A DNA stretch of 64,000 nt, taken from assembly GCA_030390025.1 (NCBI GenBank), contig CM059432.1, positions 112,098,001 through 112,162,000 on the forward strand, written 5' to 3'. The DNA comes from Squalus acanthias. Lineage: Eukaryota. Below the pieces are notes generated by a model. The model was not told where the DNA came from and did not search any database. It was given only the letters and a program-made list of their open reading frames with translations. Both the position numbers and the translations under genes were made by a program. Shown here piece by piece: positions 52,501 to 64,000 of this stretch (positions within the stretch are counted from its first letter, which is position 1; each line of letters starts with the position of its first letter).

Positions 52501-55500
52501 TAATCCAGAGTCCTGGACTAGTAATCCAGAGTCCTGACTAATAATCCAGAGTCCTGGACTAATAATCCAGAGTCCTGGACTAGTAATCCAGAGTCCTGGA
52601 CTAGTAATCCAGAGTCCTGGACTAGTAATCCAGAGTCCTGGACTAGTAATCCAGAGTCCTGGACTAGTAATCCAGAGTCCTGGACTAGTAATCCAGAGTC
52701 CTGGACTAGTAATCCAGAGTCCTGGACTATAATCCAGAGTCCTGGACTAGTAATCCAGAGTCCTGGACTAGTAATCCAGAGTCCTGGACTAGTAATCCAG
52801 AGTCCTGGACTAGTAATCCAGAGTCCTGGACTAGTAATCCAGAGTCCTGGACTAGTAATCCAGAGTCCTGGACTAGTAATCCAGAGTCCTGGACTAATAA
52901 TCCAGAGTCCTGGACTAGTAATCCAGAGTCCTGGACTAGTAATCCAGACTCCTGGACTAATAATCCAGAGTCCTGGACTAGTAATCCAGAGTCCTGGACT
53001 AGTAATCCAGAGTCCTGGACTAATAATCCAGAGTCCTGGACTAGTAATCCAGAGTCCTGGACTAATAATCCAGAGTCCTGGACTAGTAATCCAGAGTCCT
53101 GAACTAATAATCCAGAGTCCTGGACTAGTAATCCAGACTCCTGGACTAATAATCCAGAGTCCTGGACTAGTAATCCAGAGTCCTGGACTAGTAATCCAGA
53201 CTCCTGGACTAATAATCCAGATCCTGGACTAATAATCCAGAGTCCTGGACTAGTAATCCAGACTCCTGGACTAATAATCCAGAGTCCTGGACTAGTAATC
53301 CAGAGTCCTGGACTAATAATCCAGAGTCCTGGACTAGTAATCCAGAGTCCTGGACTAATAATCCAGAGTCCTGGACAAATATTCCAGAGTCCTGGACTAA
53401 TATTCCAGAGTCCTGGACTAATAATCCAGAGTCCTGGACTAATAATCCAGAGTCCTGGACTAATATTCCAGAGTCCTGGACTAGTAATCCAGAGTCCTGG
53501 ACTAATAATACAGAGTCCTGGACCAGTAATCCAGAGTCCTGGACTAGTAATCCAGAGTCCTGGACTAGTAATCCAGAGTCCTGGACTAATAATCCAGAGT
53601 CCTGACTAGTAATCCAGAGTCCTGGACTAATAATCCAGAGTCCTGGACTAGTAATCCAGAGTCCTGGACCAGTAATCCAGAGTCCTGGACTAGTAATCCA
53701 GAGTCCTGGACTAATAATCCAGAATCCTAGACTAGTAATCCAGAGTCCTGGACTAATAATCCAGAGTCCTGGACTAATAATCCAGAGTCCTGGACCAGTA
53801 ATCCAGAGTCCTGAACTAATAATCCAGAGTCCTGGACTAATAATCCAGAATCCTAGACTAGCAATCCAGAGTCCTGGACTAGTAATCCAGAGTCCTGGAC
53901 CAGTAATCCAGAGTCCTGAACTAATAATCCAGAGTCCTGGACTAATAATCCAGAATCCTAGACTAGTAATCCAGAGTCCTGGACTAGTAATCCAGAGTCC
54001 TGAACTAATAATCCAGAGTCCTGGACTAGTAATCCAGAGTCCTGGACCAGTAATCCAGAGTCCTGAACTAATAATCCAGAGTCCTGGACTAATAATCCAG
54101 AACCCTAGACTAGTAATCCAGAGTCCTGGACTAGTAATCCAGAGTCCTGGACCAGTAATCCAGAGTCCTGAACTAATAATCCAGAGTCCTGGACTAATAA
54201 TCCAGAATCCTAGACTAGTAATCCAGAGTCCTGGACCAGTAATCCAGAGTCCTGGACCAGTAATCCAGAGTCCTGGACCAGTAATCCAGTGTCCTGGACT
54301 ATTAATCCAGAGTCCTGGACTAGTAATCCAGAGTCCTGGACTAGTAATCCAGAGTCCTGAACTAATAATCCAGAGTCCTGGACTAATAATCCAGAGTCCT
54401 GGACTAGTAATCCAGAGTCCTGGACTAGTAATCCAGAGTCCTGGACTAGTAATCCAGAGTCCTGGACTAGTAATCCAGAGTCCTGGACTAGTAATCCAGA
54501 GTCCTGGACTAGTAATCCAGAGTCCTGGACTAGTAATCCAGAGTCCTGGACTAGTAATCCAGAGTCCTGGACTAGTAATCCAGAGTCCTGGACTAATAAT
54601 CCAGAGTCCTGGACTAGTAATCCAGAGTCCTGGACTAGTAATCCAGAGTCCTGGACTAGTAATCCAGAGTCCTGGACTAATAATCCAGAGTCCTGGACTA
54701 GTAATCCAGAGTCCTGGACTAATAATCCAGAGTCCTAGACTAGTAATCCAGAGTCCTGGACTAGTAATCCAGAGTCCTGAACTAATAATCCAGAGTCCTG
54801 GACTAGTAATCCAGAGTCCTGGACTAGTAATCCAGACTCTGGACTAATAATCCAGAGTCCTGGACTAGTAATCCAGAGTCCTGACTAGTAATCCAGAGTC
54901 CTGGACTAATAATCCAGAGTCCTGGACTAGTAATCCAGAGTCCTGACTAGTAATCCAGAGTCCTGGACTAGTAATCCAGAGTCCTGACTAATAATCCAGA
55001 GTCCTGGACAATAATCCAGAGTCCTGACTAGTAATCCAGAGTCCTGGACTAGTAATCCAGAGTCCTGGACCAGTAATCCAGAGTCCTGACTAATAATCCA
55101 GAGTCCTGGACTAATAATCCAGAGTCCTGACTAGTAATCCAGAGTCCTGGACTAGTAATCCAGAGTCCTGGACTAGTAATCCAGAGTCCTGACTAATAAT
55201 CCAGAGTCCTGGACTAATAATCCAGAGTCCTGGACTATTAATCCAGAGTCCTGGACTAGTAATCCAGAGTCCTGGACTAGTAATCCAGAGTCCTGGACTA
55301 GTAATCCAGAGTCCTGGACTAGTAATCCAGAGTCCTGGACTAATAATCCAGAGTCCTGGACTAGTAATCCAGAGTCCTGGACTAATAATCCAGAGTCCTG
55401 GACTAGTAATCCAGAGTCCTGGACTAGTAATCCAGAGTCCTGGACTAGTAATCCAGAGTCCTGGACTAGTAATCCAGAGTCCTGGACTAGTAATCCAGAG

Positions 55501-58500
55501 TCCTGGACTAATAATCCAGAGTCCTGGACTAGTAATCCAGAGTCCTGGACTAGTAATCCAGAGTCCTGGACTAATAATCCAGAGTCCTGGACTAGTAATC
55601 CAGAGTCCTGGACTAGTAATCCAGAGTCCTGGACTAGTAATCCAGACTCCTGGACTAATAATCCAGAGTCCTGGACTAGTAATCCAGAGTCCTGGACTAG
55701 TAATCCAGACTCCTGGACTAATAATCCAGAGTCCTGGACTAGTAATCCAGAGTCCTGGACTAGTAATCCAGAGTCCTGGACTAATAATCCAGAGTCCTGG
55801 ACTAATAATCCAGAGTCCTGGACTAGTAATCCAGAGTCCTGGACTAGTAATCCAGAGTCCTGACTAGTAATCCAGAGTCCTGGACTAATAATCCAGAGTC
55901 CTGACTAGTAATCCAGAGTCCTGGACTAGTAATCCAGAGTCCTGGACTAGTAATCCAGAGTCCTGACTAATAATCCAGAGTCCTGGACAAATAATCCAGA
56001 GTCCTGGACTAGTAATCCAGAGTCCTGGACCAGTAATCCAGACTCCTGGACTAGTAATCCAGAGTCCTGGACTAGTAATCCAGAGTCCTGGACTAGTAAT
56101 CCAGAGTCCTGGACTAATAATCCAGAGTCCTGGACTAGTAATCCAGAGTCCTGGACTAATAATCCAGAATCCTAGACTAGTAATCCAGAGTCCTGGACTA
56201 GTAATCCAGAGTCCTGGACTAATAATCCAGAGTCCTGGACTAGTAATCCAGAGTCCTGGACTAGTAATCCAGACTCCTGGACTAATAATCCAGAGTCCTG
56301 GACTAGTAATCCAGAGTCCTGGACTAGTAATCCAGAGTCCTGGACTAGTAATCCAGAGTCCTGGACTAGTAATCCAGAGTCCTGACTAGTAATCCAGAGT
56401 CCTGGACTAGTAATCCAGAGTCCTGGAACTAATAATCCAGAGTCCTGGACCAGTAATCCAGAGTCCTGACTAGTAATCCAGAGTCCTGGACTAGTAATCC
56501 AGAGTCCTGGACTAGTAATCCAGAGTCCTGACTAATAATCCAGAGTCCTGGACTAATAATCCAGAGTCCTGGACTAGTAATCCAGAGTCCTGGACTAGTA
56601 ATCCAGAGTCCTGGACTAGTAATCCAGAGTCCTGGACTAATAATCCAGAGTCCTGGACTAATAATCCAGAGTCCTGGACTAGTAATCCAGAGTCCTGGAC
56701 TAGTAATCCAGAGTCCTGGACTAGTAATCCAGAGTCCTGGACTAGTAATCCAGAGTCCTGGACTAGTAATCCAGAGTCCTGGACTAATAATCCAGAGTCC
56801 TGGACTAGTAATCCAGAGTCCTGGACTAATAATCCAGAGTCCTGGACTAGTAATCCAGAGTCCTGGACTAGTAATCCAGAGTCCTGGACTAATAATCCAG
56901 AGTCCTGGACTAGTAATCCAGAGTCCTGGACTAGTAATCCAGAGTCCTGGACTAATAATCCAGAGTCCTGGACTAGTAATCCAGAGTCCTGGACTAGTAA
57001 TCCAGAGTCCTGGACTAATAATCCAGAGTCCTGGACTAGTAATCCAGAGTCCTGACTAGTAATCCAGAGTCCTGGACTAGTAATCCAGAGTCCTGGACTA
57101 ATAATCCAGAGTCCTGACTAGTAATCCAGAGTCCTGGACTAGTAATCCAGAGTCCTGGACTAATAATCCAGAGTCCTGGACTAGTAATCCAGAGTCCTGG
57201 ACTAGTAATCCAGAGTCCTGGACTAATAATCCAGAGTCCTGGACTAGTAATCCAGAGTCCTGGACTAGTAATCCAGAGTCCTGGACTAGTAATCCAGAGT
57301 CCTGACTAGTAATCCAGAGTCCTGGACTAATAATCCAGAATCCTAGACTAGTAATCCAGAGTCCTGACTAGTAATCCAGAGTCCTGGACCTAGTAATCCA
57401 GAGTCCTGGACTAATAATCCAGAGTCCTGGACTAATAATCCAGAATCCTGACTAGTAATCCAGAGTCCTGGACCAGTAATCCAGAGTCCTGGACTAGTAA
57501 TCCAGAGTCCTGGACCAGTAATCCAGTGTCCTGGACTATTAATCCAGAGTCCTGGACTAGTAATCCAGAGTCCTGGACTAGTAATCCAGAGTCCTGGACT
57601 AATAATCCAGAGTCCTGGACTATTAATCCAGAGTCCTGGACTAGTAATCCAGAGTCCTGGACAGTAATCCAGAGTCCTGGACTAGTAATCCAGAGTCCTG
57701 GACTAGTAATCCAGAGTCCTGACTAATAATCCAGAGTCCTGGACTAATAATCCAGAGTCCTGGACTAGTAATCCAGAGTCCTGGACTAGTAATCCAGACT
57801 CCTGGACTAATAATCCAGAGTCCTGGACTAGTAATCCAGAGTCCTGGACTAATAATCCAGAGTCCTGGACTAGTAATCCAGAGTCCTGGACTAATAATCC
57901 AGAGTCCTGGACTAGTAATCCAGAGTCCTGGACTAATAATCCAGAGTCCTGACTAGTAATCCAGAGTCCTGGACTAGTAATCCAGAGTCCTGGACTAATA
58001 ATCCAGAGTCCTGGACTAGTAATCCAGAGTCCTGGACTAGTAATCCAGAGTCCTGGACTAGTAATCCAGAGTCCTGGACTAGTAATCCAGAGTCCTGGAC
58101 TAGTAATCCAGAGTCCTGGACTAGTAATCCAGAGTCCTGGACTAGTAATCCAGAGTCCTGGACTAATAATCCAGAGTCCTGGACTAGTAATCCAGAGTCC
58201 TGGACTAGTAATCCAGAGTCCTGGACTAATAATCCAGAGTCCTGGACTAGTAATCCAGAGTCCTGGACTAGTAATCCAGAGTCCTGGACTAATAATCCAG
58301 AGTCCTGGACTAGTAATCCAGAGTCCTGGACTAGTAATCCAGACTCCTGGACTAATAATCCAGAGTCCTGGACTATAATCCAGAGTCCTGGACTAGTAAT
58401 CCAGAGTCCTGGACTATAATCCAGATTCCTGGACTAATAATCCAGAGTCCTGGACTAGTAATCCAGAGTCCTGGACTAGTAATCCAGAGTCCTGGACTAG

Positions 58501-61500
58501 TAATCCAGAGTCCTGGACTAATAATCCAGAGTCCTGGACTAATAATCCAGAGTCCTGGACTAGTAATCCAGAGTCCTGGACTAATAATCCAGAGTCCTGG
58601 ACTAATAATCCAGAGTCCTGGACTAATAATCCAGAGTCCTGGACTAATAATCCAGAGTCCTGGACTAATAATCCAGAGTCCTGGACTAGTAATCCAGAGT
58701 CCTGGACTAGTAATCCAGAGTCCTGGACCAGTAATCCAGAGTCCTGGACCAGTAATCCAGAGTCCTGGACCTAGTAATCCAGAGTCCTGGACTAATAATC
58801 CAGAGTCCTGGACTAGTAATCCAGAGTCCTGGACTAATAATCCAGAGTCCTGACTAGTAATCCAGATTCCTGGACTAGTAATCCAGAGTCCATGACTAAT
58901 AATCCAGAGTCCTGGACTAGTAATCCAGAGTCCTGGACTAGTAATCCAGAGTCCTGGACTAATAATCCAGAGTCCTGGACTAGTAATCCAGAGTCCTGGA
59001 CTAGTAATCCAGAGTCCTGGACTAATAATCCAGAGTCCTGGACTAATAATCCAGAGTCCTGGACTAGTAATCCAGAGTCCTGGACTAGTAATCCAGAGTC
59101 CTGGACCAGTAATCCAGAGTCCTGGACTAGTAATCCAGAGTCCTGGACTAATAATCCAGAGTCCTGGACTAGTAATCCAGAGTCCTGGACTAATAATCCA
59201 GAGTCCTGGACTAGTAATCCAGAGTCCTGGACTAGTAATCCAGAGTCCTGGACCAGTAATCCAGAGTCCTGGACTAGTAATCCAGAGTCCTGGACTAGTA
59301 ATCCAGAGTCCTGGACTAGTAATCCAGAGTCCTGGACTAGTAATCCAGAGTCCTGGACTAGTAATCCAGAGTCCTGGACTAGTAATCCAGAGTCCTGGAC
59401 TAATAATCCAGAGTCCTGGACTAGTAATCCAGAGTCCTGGACTAGTAATCCAGAGTCCTGGACTAGTAATCCAGAGTCCTGGACCAGTAATCCAGTGTCC
59501 TGGACTAGTAATCCAGAGTCCTGGACTAGTAATCCAGAGTCCTGGACTAGTAATCCAGAGTCCTGGACTAATAATCCAGAGTCCTGGACTATTAATCCAG
59601 AGTCCTGGACTAGTAATCCAGAGTCCTGGACCAGTAATCCAGAGTCCTGGACTAGTAATCCAGTGTCCTGGACTAGTAATCCAGAGTCCTGGACTAGTAA
59701 TCCAGAGTCCTGGACTAATAATCCAGAGTCCTGACTAATAATCCAGAGTCCTGGACTAGTAATCCAGACTCCTGGACTAGTAATCCAGAGACCTGGACTA
59801 GTAATCCAGAGTCCTGGACTAGTAATCCAGAGTCCTGGACTAGTAATCCCGAGTCCTGGACTAGTAATCCAGAGTCCTGGACAAATAATCCAGAGTTCTG
59901 GACTAGTAATCCAGAGTCCTGGATTAATAATCCAGAGTCCTGGACTAGTAATCCAGAGTCCTGGACTAGTAATCCAGAGTCCTGGACTAGTAATCCAGAN
60001 NNNNNNNNNNNNNNNNNNNNNNNNNNNNNNNNNNNNNNNNNNNNNNNNNNNNNNNNNNNNNNNNNNNNNNNNNNNNNNNNNNNNNNNNNNNNNNNNNNNN
60101 NNNNNNNNNNNNNNNNNNNNNNNNNNNNNNNNNNNNNNNNNNNNNNNNNNNNNNNNNNNNNNNNNNNNNNNNNNNNNNNNNNNNNNNNNNNNNNNNNNNN
60201 NNNNNNNNNNNNNNNNNNNNNNNNNNNNNNNNNNNNNNNNNNNNNNNNNNNNNNNNNNNNNNNNNNNNNNNNNNNNNNNNNNNNNNNNNNNNNNNNNNNN
60301 NNNNNNNNNNNNNNNNNNNNNNNNNNNNNNNNNNNNNNNNNNNNNNNNNNNNNNNNNNNNNNNNNNNNNNNNNNNNNNNNNNNNNNNNNNNNNNNNNNNN
60401 NNNNNNNNNNNNNNNNNNNNNNNNNNNNNNNNNNNNNNNNNNNNNNNNNNNNNNNNNNNNNNNNNNNNNNNNNNNNNNNNNNNNNNNNNNNNNNNNNNNA
60501 GTAATCCAGAGTCCTGGACTAGTAATCCAGAGTCCTGGACTAATAATCCAGAGTCCTGACTAGTAATCCAGAGTCCTGGACTAATAATCCAGAGTCCTGG
60601 ACTAGTAATCCAGAGTCTGGACTAATAATCCAGAGTCCTGGACTAGTAATCCAGAGTCCTGGACTAGTAATCCAGAGTCCTGACTAGTAATCCAGAGTCC
60701 TGGACTAGTAATCCAGAGTCCTGGACTAATAATCCAGAGTCCTGGACTAGTAATCCAGAGTCCTGGACTAGTAATCCAGAGTCCTGGACTAATAATCCAG
60801 AGTCCTGGACTAGTAATCCAGAGTCCTGGACTAGTAATCCAGAGTCCTGGACTAGTAATCCAGAGTCCTGGACTAATAATCCAGAGTCCTGGACTAGTAA
60901 TCCAGAGTCCTGGACTAGTAATCCAGAGTCCTGGACTAGTAATCCAGAGTCCTGGACTAGTAATCCAGAGTCCTGGACTAGTAATCCAGAGTCCTGGACT
61001 AGTAATCCAGAGTCCTGGACTAGTAATCCAGAGTCCTGGACTAAGTAATCCAGAGTCCTGGACTAGTAATCCAGAGTCCTGGACTAATAATCCAGAGTCC
61101 TGGACTAGTAATCCAGAGTCCTGGACTAGTAATCCAGAGTCCTGGACTAGTAATCCAGAGTCCTGGACTAGTAATCCAGAGTCCTGGACTAATAATCCAG
61201 AGTCCTGGACTAGTAATCCAGAGTCCTGGACTAGTAATCCAGAGTCCTGGACTAGTAATCCAGAGTCCTGGACTAGTAATCCAGAGTCCTGGACTAATAA
61301 TCCAGAGTCCTGGACTAGTAATCCAGAGTCCTGGACTAATAATCCAGAGTCCTGGACTAATAATCCAGAGTCCTGGACTAGTAATCCAGAGTCCTGGACT
61401 AGTAATCCAGAGTCCTGGACTAGTAATCCAGAGTCCTGGACTAGTAATCCAGAGTCCCGGACCAGTAATCCAGATTCCTGGACTAGTAATCCAGAGTCCA

Positions 61501-64000
61501 TGACTAATAATCCAGAGTCCTGGACTAGTAATCCAGAGTCCTGGACTAGTAATCCAGAGTCCTGGACTAGTAATCCAGAGTCCTGGACCAGTAATCCAGA
61601 GTCCTGGACTAGTAATCCAGAGTCCTGGACTAGTAATCCAGAGTCCTGGACTAGTAATCCAGAGTCCTGGACTAGTAATCCAGAGTCCTGGACTAATAAT
61701 CCAGAGTCCTGGACTAGTAATCCAGAGTCCTGGACTAGTAATCCAGAGTCCTGGACTAGTAATCCAGAGTCCTGGACTAGTAATCCAGAGTCCTGGACTA
61801 GTAATCCAGAGTCCTGGACTAGTAATCCAGAGTCCTGGACTAGTAATCCAGAGTCCTGGACTAGTAATCCAGAGTCCTGGACTAGTAATCCAGAGTCCTG
61901 GACTAATAATCCAGATCCTGGACTAGTAATCCAGAGTCCTGGACTAGTAATCCAGAGTCCTGGACTAATAATCCAGAGTCCTGGACTAGTAATCCAGAGT
62001 CCTGGACTAATAATCCAGAGTCCTGGACTAGTAATCCAGAGTCCTGGACTAGTAATCCAGAGTCCTGGACTAATAATCCAGAGTCCTGGACTAATAATCC
62101 AGAGTCCTGGACTAGTAATCCAGAGTCCTGGACTAGTAATCCAGAGTCCTGGACTAATAATCCAGAGTCCTGGACTAATAATCCAGAGTCCTGGACTAGT
62201 AATCCAGAGTCCTGGACTAGTAATCCAGAGTCCTGGACTAGTAATCCAGAGTCCTGGACTAGTAATCCAGAGTCCTGGACTAATAATCCAGAATCCTGGA
62301 CTAAAATTCCAGAGTCCTGGACTAATAATCCAGGGTCCTGGACTAATAATCCAGAGTCCTGGACTAATAATCCAGAGTCCTGGACTAATATTCCAGAGTC
62401 CTGGACTAGTAATCCAGAGTCCTGGACCAGTAATCCAGAGTCCTGGACCAGTAATCCAGTGTCCTGGACTAGTAATCCAGAGTCCTGGACTAATAATCCA
62501 GAATCCTAGACTAGTAATCCAGAGTCCTGAACTAATATTCCAGAGTCCTGAACTAATAATCCAGAGTCCTGGAACTGTATTCCAGAGTCCTGGACCAGTA
62601 ATCCAGTGTCCTGGACCAGTAATCCAGAGTCCTGGACAAATAATCCAGAATCCAAGACTAGTAATCCAGAGTCCTGGACCAGTAATCCAGAGTCCTGGAC
62701 TAGTAATCCAGAGTCCTGGACTAGTAATCCAGAGTCCTGGACTAGTAATCCAGAGTCCTGGACTAATAATCCAGAGTCCTGGACTAGTAATCCAGAGTCC
62801 TGGACTAATAATCCAGAGTCCTGGACTAGTAATCCAGACTCCTGGACTAATAATCCACTATCCTGGACCAGTAATCCCGTGTCCTGGACTAGTAATCCAG
62901 AGTCCTGGACTAATAATCCAGAGTCCTGGACTAGTAATCCAGAGTCCTGGACTAATAATCCAGAGTCCTGAACTAGTAATCCAGAGTCCTGGACTAGTAA
63001 TCCAGACTCCTGGACTAATAATCCAGAGTCCTGGACTAATAATCCAGAGTCCTGAACTAGTAATCCAGAGTCCTGGACTAGTAATCCAGACGCCTTGACT
63101 AATAATCCAGAGTCCTGGACTAATAATCCAGAGTCCTGGACTAGTAATCCAGACTCCTGGACTAATAATCCAGAGTCCTGGTCTAGTAACCCAGAGTCCT
63201 GGACTAGTAACCCAGAGTCCTGAACTAATAATCCAGAATCCTGGACTAATATTCCAGAGTCCTGGACTAATAATCCAGAGTCCTGGACTAGTAATCCAGA
63301 GTCCTGGACTAGTAATCCAGAGTCCTGGACTAGTAATCCAGAGTCCTGGACTAGTAATCCAGAGTCCTGGACTAATAATCCAGAATCCTAGACTAGTAAT
63401 CCAGAGTCCTGACTAATAATCCAGAGTCCTGAACTAATAATCCAGAGTCCTGGACCAGTATTCCAGAGTCCTGGACCAGTAATCCAGTGTCCTGGACCAG
63501 TAATCCAGAGTCCTGGACTAATAATCCAGAGTCCTGGACTAGTAATCCAGAGTCCTGGACCAGTAATCCAGAGTCCTGAACTAATAATCCAGAGTCCTGG
63601 ACTAATAATCCAGAGTCCTGGACTAATAATCCAGAGTCCTGGACTAGTAATCCAGAGTCCTGGACTAGTAATCCAGAGTCCTGGACTAGTAATCCAGAGT
63701 CCTGGACTAGTAATCCAGAGTCCTGGACTAGTAATCCAGAGTCCTGGACTAGTAATCCAGAGTCCTGGACTAATAATCCAGAGTCCTGGACTAGTAATCC
63801 AGAGTCCTGGACCAGTAATCCAGAGTCCTGGACTAGTAATCCAGACTCCTGGACTAGTAATCCAGAGTCCTGGACTAATAATCCAGAGTCCTGGACTAGT
63901 AATCCAGAGTCCTGGACTAGTAATCCAGAGTCCTGGACTAATAATCCAGATTCCTGGACTAATAATCCAGAGTCCTGGACTAGTAATCCAGAGTCCTGGA
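28550..64000. repeat. Distal homogeneous satellite domain
   Basis: Dominated by two monomers (ACTAGT / ACTAAT) with its own minor variants (CCTGAACT, GAATCCTAGACT, ACTATTAAT, GACTCC, CATAGTTCT) and many single-G deletions (CCTGACT). The GGCCAAAT and GGAGAAAT variants of the proximal domain are essentially absent. Confidence 0.9.
60000..60499. other. Assembly gap of exactly 500 N
   Basis: Round-number N run, typical of an unsized scaffolding gap. The same satellite in the same orientation lies on both sides. Confidence 0.99.

Larger units (their letters stand above)
2888..64000. repeat. 21-bp tandem satellite DNA array, consensus TAATCCAGAGTCCTGGACTA(G/A); runs off the window end
   Basis: Head-to-tail monomers begin abruptly at TGGACTAGTAATCC (2888) and keep one orientation throughout, including across the gap. 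About 60 kb / 21 bp gives roughly 2,850 monomers. The consensus has no CpG and contains SpeI (ACTAGT, G variant), HinfI (GAGTC) and BstNI (CCTGG) sites. Confidence 0.98.

Noticed and set aside
48050..59990. Two-state ACTAGT/ACTAAT pattern as an information-bearing code
   Set aside because: Explained by a single A/G polymorphism propagated by duplication, and this region's base accuracy is doubtful.
2888..64000. CENP-B box or telomeric repeat
   Set aside because: The consensus has no CpG (the CENP-B box needs TTCG...CGGG), and there are no TTAGGG tracts.

Overview
Eukaryotic, non-genic window. Bases 1-2887 are mostly unique, AT-rich sequence with a few GC-rich repeat-like fragments and no recognisable gene. 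From 2888 to the end (~61 kb, roughly 2,850 monomers by arithmetic) is one head-to-tail 21-bp satellite array, consensus TAATCCAGAGTCCTGGACTA(G/A). It has a variant-rich proximal domain (~2.9-28.5 kb) built from nested higher-order repeats and a more homogeneous distal domain (~28.5-64 kb) containing a 500-N scaffold gap (60000-60499). Two insertions interrupt it: a 5'-truncated minus-strand retroposon with a CR1-type tail resembling elasmobranch HE1/V-SINEs (25852-26130), and a CpG-rich 342-bp fragment resembling a DNA-transposon end (26719-27060). The retroposon suggests a shark or ray genome (inference from recalled consensus, not a search). The long ORFs are artefacts of a 21-bp unit that is stop-free in 4 of 6 frames. 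I found no protein-coding system. The most interesting signals are the monomer's dyad symmetry and TAATCC motif, the layered higher-order structure, and the insertion junctions.
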